Assembly: GCF_054482595.1 (NCBI RefSeq) | Contig: NZ_CM137008.1 | Length of the DNA stretch: 64,000 bases | Direction: 5' to 3' (one strand) | In this document: positions 57,242 through 64,000 of the stretch, piece by piece | Layout of the letters: every line of letters starts with the position of its first letter | Numbering within the stretch: position 1 is the stretch's first letter | Made by a program: the position numbers and the translations under genes | The notes under the pieces: model-generated | Seen by the model: only the letters and a program-made list of their open reading frames with translations | Databases searched by the model: none | What the model was told of the DNA's origin: nothing

Positions 57242-59233
57242 ATGTCCTCACGTAAAGAGCTTGCCAATGCTATTCGTGCGCTGAGCATGGACGCAGTACA
57301 GAAAGCCAAATCCGGTCACCCGGGTGCCCCTATGGGTATGGCTGACATTGCCGAAGTCCTGTGGCGTGATTTCCTGAAACACAACCCGCAGAATCCGTCC
57401 TGGGCTGACCGTGACCGCTTCGTGCTGTCCAACGGCCACGGCTCCATGCTGATCTACAGCCTGCTGCACCTCACCGGTTACGATCTGCCGATGGAAGAAC
57501 TGAAAAACTTCCGTCAGCTGCACTCTAAAACTCCGGGCCACCCGGAAGTGGGTTACACCGCTGGTGTGGAAACCACCACCGGTCCGCTGGGGCAGGGTAT
57601 TGCCAACGCAGTAGGTATGGCGATTGCAGAAAAAACGCTGGCGGCGCAGTTTAACCGTCCGGGCCACGACATTGTCGACCACTACACCTACGCCTTCATG
57701 GGCGACGGCTGCATGATGGAAGGCATCTCCCACGAAGTTTGCTCTCTGGCGGGTACGCTGAAGCTGGGTAAACTGATTGCGTTCTACGATGACAACGGTA
57801 TTTCTATCGATGGTCACGTTGAAGGCTGGTTCACCGACGACACCGCAATGCGTTTCGAAGCTTACGGCTGGCACGTTATTCGCGACATCGACGGTCATGA
57901 CGCAGCATCCATCAAACGCGCAGTAGAAGAAGCGCGCGCAGTGACTGACAAACCGTCCCTGCTGATGTGCAAAACCATCATCGGTTTCGGTTCCCCGAAC
58001 AAAGCCGGTACTCACGACTCCCACGGTGCGCCGCTGGGTGATGCAGAAATCGCTCTGACCCGCGAACAGCTGGGCTGGAAATACGCGCCGTTCGAAATCC
58101 CGTCTGAAATCTATGCGCAGTGGGATGCGAAAGAAGCAGGCCAGGCGAAAGAATCTGCATGGAACGAGAAATTCGCTGCTTACGCGAAAGCTTATCCGCA
58201 AGAAGCCGCTGAATTTACCCGCCGTATGAAAGGCGAAATGCCGTCTGACTTCGACGCAAAAGCGAAAGAGTTCATTGCTAAACTGCAGGCTAATCCGGCG
58301 AAAATCGCCAGCCGTAAAGCGTCTCAGAATGCTATTGAAGCGTTCGGCCCGCTGTTGCCGGAATTCCTCGGCGGCTCCGCTGACCTGGCACCGTCTAACC
58401 TGACCCTGTGGTCTGGTTCTAAAGCAATCAACGAAGATGCTGCGGGTAACTACATCCACTACGGTGTTCGCGAGTTCGGTATGACCGCGATTGCTAACGG
58501 TATCTCCCTGCACGGTGGCTTCCTGCCGTACACATCCACCTTCCTGATGTTTGTCGAATACGCACGTAACGCCGTACGTATGGCTGCGCTGATGAAACAG
58601 CGTCAGGTGATGGTTTACACCCACGACTCCATCGGTCTGGGCGAAGACGGCCCGACTCACCAGCCGGTTGAGCAGGTCGCTTCTCTGCGCGTGACCCCGA
58701 ACATGTCTACATGGCGTCCGTGTGACCAGGTTGAATCTGCAGTAGCGTGGAAATACGGCGTTGAGCGTCAGGACGGCCCGACCGCGCTGATCCTCTCCCG
58801 TCAGAACCTGGCGCAGCAGGAACGTACTGAAGAGCAGCTGGCAAACATCGCGCGCGGTGGTTATGTGCTGAAAGACTGTGCCGGCCAGCCGGAACTGATC
58901 TTCATCGCTACTGGTTCTGAAGTTGAACTGGCTGTCGCTGCATACGAAAAACTGACTGCCGAAGGCGTGAAAGCGCGCGTGGTTTCCATGCCGTCTACCG
59001 ACGCATTCGACAAGCAGGACGCGGCTTACCGTGAGTCTGTACTGCCTAAAGCGGTTACTGCACGCGTTGCGGTGGAAGCGGGTATTGCTGACTACTGGTA
59101 CAAGTATGTTGGCCTGAATGGCGCTATCATCGGTATGACCACCTTCGGTGAGTCAGCTCCGGCAGAGTTGCTGTTCGAAGAGTTCGGCTTCACCGTCGAC
59201 AACGTCGTTGCGAAAGCAAAAGAACTGCTGTAA
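57242..59233 (+). CDS. tktA: Transketolase 1
   Basis: Start [41 protein letters not shown]; 663 aa. Confidence 0.97.
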   Translation: MSSRKELANAIRALSMDAVQKAKSGHPGAPMGMADIAEVLWRDFLKHNPQNPSWADRDRFVLSNGHGSMLIYSLLHLTGYDLPMEELKNFRQLHSKTPGHPEVGYTAGVETTTGPLGQGIANAVGMAIAEKTLAAQFNRPGHDIVDHYTYAFMGDGCMMEGISHEVCSLAGTLKLGKLIAFYDDNGISIDGHVEGWFTDDTAMRFEAYGWHVIRDIDGHDAASIKRAVEEARAVTDKPSLLMCKTIIGFGSPNKAGTHDSHGAPLGDAEIALTREQLGWKYAPFEIPSEIYAQWDAKEAGQAKESAWNEKFAAYAKAYPQEAAEFTRRMKGEMPSDFDAKAKEFIAKLQANPAKIASRKASQNAIEAFGPLLPEFLGGSADLAPSNLTLWSGSKAINEDAAGNYIHYGVREFGMTAIANGISLHGGFLPYTSTFLMFVEYARNAVRMAALMKQRQVMVYTHDSIGLGEDGPTHQPVEQVASLRVTPNMSTWRPCDQVESAVAWKYGVERQDGPTALILSRQNLAQQERTEEQLANIARGGYVLKDCAGQPELIFIATGSEVELAVAAYEKLTAEGVKARVVSMPSTDAFDKQDAAYRESVLPKAVTARVAVEAGIADYWYKYVGLNGAIIGMTTFGESAPAELLFEEFGFTVDNVVAKAKELL

Positions 59234-59247
59234 TTAGCATTTCGGGT

Positions 59248-59276
59248 AAAAAGGTCGCTTCGGCGACCTTTTTTAT
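59248..59276 (+). terminator. Rho-independent terminator of tktA
   Basis: AAAAAGGTCGC-ttcg-GCGACCTTTTTT. Confidence 0.85.
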
Positions 59277-59546
59277 TACCTTGATATGTCCGTTTGCGGA
59301 CAAGCAATAGATAAAGCGTGTTGTAGATCACAAATATTTATATGCAATAAATATCAATTATGTAATATGCATCACGATATGCGTGTTGACATTTGTTGTT
59401 ATATCTATAACTCAATGTTATATAAGAAATTAATAATTCACTGTTTTCAAAACACCGGTTTCCCTGCTCAATTGCTTTCATTAAACCGCACGAGTATTTT
59501 ATTTTTACCGCCGGACGGTACCCTAAAAATAAAATAAGGATAATTT

Positions 59547-59990
59547 ATGCGGCTTAGTGATTATTTTCCAGAATCATCAATCTCAGTTATACATTCAGCA
59601 AAAGATTGGCAGGAAGCTATCGATTTCTCGATGGTATCATTGTTGGATAAAAACTATATCAGCGAGATTTACATTCAGGCAATTAAAGATTCCACCATTA
59701 ACAATGGCCCTTATTATATTCTCGCACCAGGCGTGGCAATGCCTCATGCGCGACCGGAATGTGGGGCGCTTAAAACCGGGATGTCTTTGACATTACTTGA
59801 ACAAGGTGTTTATTTTCCGGGGAATGACGAACCAATTAAATTACTCATCGGACTCTCTGCTGCCGATGCCGATTCGCACATTGGCGCTATTCAGGCGTTA
59901 AGTGAATTACTGTGCGAAGAAGAAATACTCGAACAACTCTTAACAGCATCATCAGAAAAACAATTAGCGGACATTATCAGCCGCGGATAA
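59547..59990 (+). CDS. cmtB: Cryptic mannitol-type PTS EIIA
   Basis: 147-aa PTS EIIA (fructose/mannitol type) with AMPHARPE motif; matches CmtB. Confidence 0.9.
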   Translation: MRLSDYFPESSISVIHSAKDWQEAIDFSMVSLLDKNYISEIYIQAIKDSTINNGPYYILAPGVAMPHARPECGALKTGMSLTLLEQGVYFPGNDEPIKLLIGLSAADADSHIGAIQALSELLCEEEILEQLLTASSEKQLADIISRG

Positions 59991-60017
59991 TTACTCTCTC
60001 CTCTACAGGATAATATT

Positions 60018-61406
60018 ATGGAAAACAAGTCTGCTCGTGCAAAGGTCCAGGCTTTTGGGGGCTTTTTGACTGCAATGGTCATCCCCAATATTGGTGCTTT
60101 TATTGCCTGGGGTTTTATTACTGCGTTATTTATTCCCACCGGTTGGCTGCCTAACGAACATTTCGCCAAAATTGTCGGCCCGATGATTACCTATTTATTG
60201 CCCGTGATGATTGGTTCTACCGGTGGTCATCTGGTCGGCGGTAAACGCGGCGCGGTCATGGGCGGAATAGGTACTATTGGTGTGATCGTCGGCGCAGAGA
60301 TCCCGATGTTCCTTGGCTCAATGATTATGGGGCCGCTCGGTGGTCTGGTCATAAAATATGTTGATAAGGCACTGGAAAAACGCATACCTGCCGGTTTTGA
60401 GATGGTTATCAATAACTTCTCATTAGGTATCGCGGGGATGCTCCTTTGTCTGCTGGGTTTTGAAGTGATCGGCCCGGCGGTGTTAATTGCCAATACTTTC
60501 GTCAAAGAGTGTATCGAGGCGCTGGTACATGCGGGTTATCTGCCTCTGCTGTCAGTCATCAATGAACCGGCGAAAGTGCTTTTCCTTAATAATGCGATCG
60601 ATCAGGGCGTCTATTATCCGCTGGGAATGCAACAGGCTTCGGTTAACGGTAAATCCATCTTCTTTATGGTGGCCTCTAACCCAGGTCCGGGCCTGGGGCT
60701 GCTGCTGGCGTTTACCTTGTTTGGTAAAGGGATGAGTAAACGTTCTGCGCCCGGGGCGATGATTATTCACTTCCTCGGTGGGATCCACGAACTGTATTTC
60801 CCATATGTGCTGATGAAGCCGCTGACTATTATTGCCATGATTGCGGGCGGTATGTCTGGCACCTGGATGTTTAACTTACTGGACGGTGGTCTGGTGGCTG
60901 GCCCAAGTCCGGGGTCTATCTTTGCTTACCTGGCGCTGACGCCGAAAGGTTCGTTCCTGGCGACAATTGCCGGTGTTACGGTAGGTACCCTGGTGTCCTT
61001 TGCTATCACTTCGCTGATACTGAAGATGGAAAAAACGGTGGAAACGGAGAGCGAAGATGAGTTTGCTAAGTCAGCCAATGCGGTTAAGGCGATGAAACAA
61101 GAGGGTGCATTCTCGTTAAGCAGGGTTAAGCGTATCGCCTTTGTTTGCGATGCGGGGATGGGCTCCAGTGCGATGGGCGCGACCACCTTCCGTAAACGCC
61201 TGGAAAAAGCGGGGCTGGCAATTGAAGTAAAACATTACGCCATAGAAAACGTGCCTGCGGATGCGGATATCGTCGTTACTCATGCCAGTCTGGAAGGGCG
61301 CGTGAAACGTGTGACGGATAAACCACTGATATTGATTAATAACTATATTGGCGATCCAAAACTCGACACTTTATTTAATCAATTAACCGCCGAACATAAA
61401 CACTGA
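60018..61406 (+). CDS. cmtA: Cryptic mannitol-type PTS EIICB
   Basis: 462-aa EIIC membrane domain plus C-terminal EIIB domain (VCDAGMGSSAMGA). Confidence 0.9.
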   Translation: MENKSARAKVQAFGGFLTAMVIPNIGAFIAWGFITALFIPTGWLPNEHFAKIVGPMITYLLPVMIGSTGGHLVGGKRGAVMGGIGTIGVIVGAEIPMFLGSMIMGPLGGLVIKYVDKALEKRIPAGFEMVINNFSLGIAGMLLCLLGFEVIGPAVLIANTFVKECIEALVHAGYLPLLSVINEPAKVLFLNNAIDQGVYYPLGMQQASVNGKSIFFMVASNPGPGLGLLLAFTLFGKGMSKRSAPGAMIIHFLGGIHELYFPYVLMKPLTIIAMIAGGMSGTWMFNLLDGGLVAGPSPGSIFAYLALTPKGSFLATIAGVTVGTLVSFAITSLILKMEKTVETESEDEFAKSANAVKAMKQEGAFSLSRVKRIAFVCDAGMGSSAMGATTFRKRLEKAGLAIEVKHYAIENVPADADIVVTHASLEGRVKRVTDKPLILINNYIGDPKLDTLFNQLTAEHKH

Positions 61407-61420
61407 TTACAGAGATAAAA

Positions 61421-62698
61421 ATGAAAACCAAAGTTGCTGCTATTTATGGCAAGCGGGATGTCCGTCTGCGCGAATTTGAACTGCCAGAAATTACCGATAA
61501 TGAATTACTGGTGAGTGTGATTTCTGACAGCGTCTGTTTATCCACCTGGAAAGCGGCGTTACTCGGTAGTGAACATAAACGCGTACCCGACGATTTAGAA
61601 AATCATCCGGTCATTACCGGGCATGAATGTGCCGGGGTTATTGTCGAAGTGGGTAAAAATCTCACTGGCAAATATAAAAAAGGCCAGCGTTTTGTATTGC
61701 AACCGGCGATGGGGTTACCAAGCGGATATTCAGCGGGCTACAGCTACGAATATTTTGGCGGCAATGCCACTTATATGATTATTCCCGAAATCGCCATTAA
61801 TTTGGGCTGCGTATTACCGTATCACGGCTCTTATTTTGCTGCGGCGTCGCTGGCAGAGCCTATGTGCTGCATTATTGGTGCTTATCATGCCAATTATCAC
61901 ACCACGCAATATGTTTATGAGCATCGCATGGGCGTCAAACCTGGCGGCAATATTGCACTGCTGGCGTGTGCAGGTCCGATGGGCATTGGCGCTATCGATT
62001 ACGCCATTAACGGCGGCATACAACCGTCGCGGGTGGTGGTGGTCGATATCGACGACAAACGTCTGGCGCAGGTACAGAAGCTGCTGCCGGTGGAACTGGC
62101 GGCCAGTAAAGGCATTGAGCTGGTGTATGTGAATACCAAAGGGATGAGCGATCCTGTCCAGATGCTGCGGGCGCTGACAGGAGATGCCGGGTTCGATGAC
62201 ATTTTTGTTTATGCGGCGGTGCCTGCTGTCGTTGAGATGGCTGATGAATTACTGGCGGAAGATGGCTGTCTGAACTTCTTTGCCGGGCCGACGGATAAAA
62301 ACTTCAAAGTGCCGTTTAATTTCTACAACGTTCATTACAACAGCACGCACGTCGTCGGTACATCCGGCGGTTCAACGGACGACATGAAAGAGGCGATTGC
62401 CCTTAGCGCCACTAGGCAGTTACAGCCGTCGTTTATGGTGACCCATATCGGTGGCCTGGATGCGGTGCCAGAAACCGTGCTCAATCTGCCGGATATCCCT
62501 GGCGGTAAAAAACTCATTTATAACGGCGTGACCATGCCGCTCACTGCCATTGCCGATTTTGCCGAAAAAGGCAAAACCGATCCGCTGTTTAAAGAGTTGG
62601 CGCGGCTGGTTGAGGAAACGCACGGCATCTGGAATGAACAGGCCGAGAAATATCTGCTGGCACAATTTGGCGTTGATATCGGGGAGGCCGCGCAATGA
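61421..62698 (+). CDS. yggP: Zinc-dependent alcohol/polyol dehydrogenase YggP
   Basis: 425-aa MDR-superfamily dehydrogenase. Confidence 0.88.
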   Translation: MKTKVAAIYGKRDVRLREFELPEITDNELLVSVISDSVCLSTWKAALLGSEHKRVPDDLENHPVITGHECAGVIVEVGKNLTGKYKKGQRFVLQPAMGLPSGYSAGYSYEYFGGNATYMIIPEIAINLGCVLPYHGSYFAAASLAEPMCCIIGAYHANYHTTQYVYEHRMGVKPGGNIALLACAGPMGIGAIDYAINGGIQPSRVVVVDIDDKRLAQVQKLLPVELAASKGIELVYVNTKGMSDPVQMLRALTGDAGFDDIFVYAAVPAVVEMADELLAEDGCLNFFAGPTDKNFKVPFNFYNVHYNSTHVVGTSGGSTDDMKEAIALSATRQLQPSFMVTHIGGLDAVPETVLNLPDIPGGKKLIYNGVTMPLTAIADFAEKGKTDPLFKELARLVEETHGIWNEQAEKYLLAQFGVDIGEAAQ

Positions 62699-63660
62699 TG
62701 TCCCTGGCGTGGCCATTATTTCGCGTTACGGAACAGGCAGCGTTGGCTGCCTGGCCGCAAACCGGATGTGGCGACAAAAATAAAATTGATGGCCTGGCGG
62801 TCACCGCGATGCGCCAGGCATTAAACGACGTCGCTTTTCGTGGACGAGTGGTTATCGGCGAAGGAGAAATTGACCATGCGCCGATGCTGTGGATTGGCGA
62901 AAAGGTGGGCAAAGGCGATGGGCCAGAAGTCGATATCGCGGTTGACCCGATCGAAGGCACGCGGATGGTAGCGATGGGGCAGAGCAATGCGTTGGCGGTC
63001 ATGGCTTTCGCCCCTCGAGATAGCCTGTTACATGCGCCCGATATGTATATGAAAAAGCTGGTTGTTAATCGACTGGCTGCCGGGGCGATTGATCTGTCTT
63101 TGCCTCTGGCGGACAACTTGCGTAACGTGGCGCGGGCGTTAGGTAAACCGCTGGACAAGCTGCGCATGGTTACGCTGGATAAACCGCGTCTGAGTGCCGC
63201 GATTGAAGAAGCAACACAGCTGGGCGTGAAGGTTTTTGCCCTGCCGGATGGCGATGTTGCCGCCAGCGTGCTGACCTGCTGGCAGGATAATCCTTACGAT
63301 GTGATGTACACCATCGGCGGTGCGCCGGAAGGCGTGATTTCTGCCTGTGCCGTTAAAGCATTAGGCGGGGATATGCAGGCCGAGCTGATTGACTTTTGTC
63401 AGGCTAAAGGGGATTACACGGAAAATCGGCAGATTGCAGAGCAGGAGCGCAAGCGTTGCAAGGCAATGGGCGTTGACGTTAACCGTGTGTACTCGCTCGA
63501 TGAACTGGTGAGGGGGAACGATATCCTCTTTAGCGCTACGGGCGTGACGGGCGGTGAGCTGGTGAACGGTATCCAACAGACGGCGAATGGGGTGCGGACG
63601 CAGACATTACTGATCGGCGGCGCGGACCAAACGTGTAATATAATAGACTCCCTGCATTGA
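62695..63660 (+). CDS. yggF: Class II fructose-1,6-bisphosphatase (GlpX paralogue)
   Basis: 321-aa GlpX-family protein; 4-nt overlap with yggP. Confidence 0.9.
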   Translation: MMSLAWPLFRVTEQAALAAWPQTGCGDKNKIDGLAVTAMRQALNDVAFRGRVVIGEGEIDHAPMLWIGEKVGKGDGPEVDIAVDPIEGTRMVAMGQSNALAVMAFAPRDSLLHAPDMYMKKLVVNRLAAGAIDLSLPLADNLRNVARALGKPLDKLRMVTLDKPRLSAAIEEATQLGVKVFALPDGDVAASVLTCWQDNPYDVMYTIGGAPEGVISACAVKALGGDMQAELIDFCQAKGDYTENRQIAEQERKRCKAMGVDVNRVYSLDELVRGNDILFSATGVTGGELVNGIQQTANGVRTQTLLIGGADQTCNIIDSLH

Positions 63661-63681
63661 TGGTGATCTATCGGAAGACCA

Positions 63682-64000
63682 ATGGCGACGCTGACAGAAG
63701 ATGATGTGCTTGAGCAACTGGATGCACAGGACAATTTATTTTCATTTATGAAAACTGCGCATTCTATTTTGCTCCAGGGGATACGCCAGTTTCTGCCGTC
63801 GCTGTTTGTCGATAACGATGAAGAGATCGTGGAATATGCAGTGAAGCCGTTACTCGCCCAAAGCGGCCCGCTTGACGATATTGATGTTGCGCTGCGTTTG
63901 ATTTATGCGCTGGGGAAAATGGATAAATGGCTGTACGCCGATATCACGCATTTTTCCCAGTTCTGGCATTACCTGAACGAACAGGATGAAGCGCCCGGAT
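63682..64000 (+). CDS. yggD: MtlR-like transcriptional regulator YggD (5' part; runs off the window)
   Basis: Start MATLTEDDVLEQLDAQDNLFSFMKTAHSILLQG...; ORF still open at the window end. Confidence 0.85.
   Translation, partial: MATLTEDDVLEQLDAQDNLFSFMKTAHSILLQGIRQFLPSLFVDNDEEIVEYAVKPLLAQSGPLDDIDVALRLIYALGKMDKWLYADITHFSQFWHYLNEQDEAPG

Noticed and set aside
57248-58660. 470-aa ORF on the minus strand inside tktA
   Set aside because: It lies antisense to a full-length, well-conserved transketolase; the product is arginine- and valine-rich and low complexity, as expected from an accidentally open frame opposite a GC-rich gene.

Overview
This window looks like an Escherichia coli chromosome segment, read in reverse orientation relative to the K-12 convention. 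Positions ~1-27625 are the proximal part of a mosaic genomic island integrated at the 3' end of tRNA-Phe (pheV, 27626-27701, minus strand), with a P4-type integrase next to the tRNA. Positions ~27700-64000 are conserved core genome (yqgA, speC, nupG, mltC, yggX, mutY, trmB, yggL, yggN, ansB, yggM, hemW, rdgB, yggUTS, yggR, ruvX, yqgE, gshB, rsmE, endA, sprT, galP, metK, yqgB, speA, speB, loiP, tktA, cmtBA, yggP, yggF, yggD). The island is a patchwork: IS remnants, a rearranged sgc remnant, an intact IS1, a yjhH-yjhG-yjhF-yjhU-like pentonate module, an mtnK-mtnA-ald2 plus permease cluster (the DHAP shunt for 5'-deoxynucleoside and methylthioribose salvage), a TnpB remnant, an OmpC-family porin, an IS3-family element, a low-GC module (PatB/MalY-type C-S lyase, NhaC-family transporter, PepT-like M20 peptidase, MFS transporter), and a phosphoethanolamine-transferase pseudogene. 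The two things I would look at first are the low-GC C-S lyase/transporter/peptidase module, which I do not recognise as a described E. coli system, and a lipoprotein gene sitting between speA and speB where I recall K-12 having only a short intergenic region. All calls come from reading the sequence and the ORF translations against remembered protein families; no database search was run.
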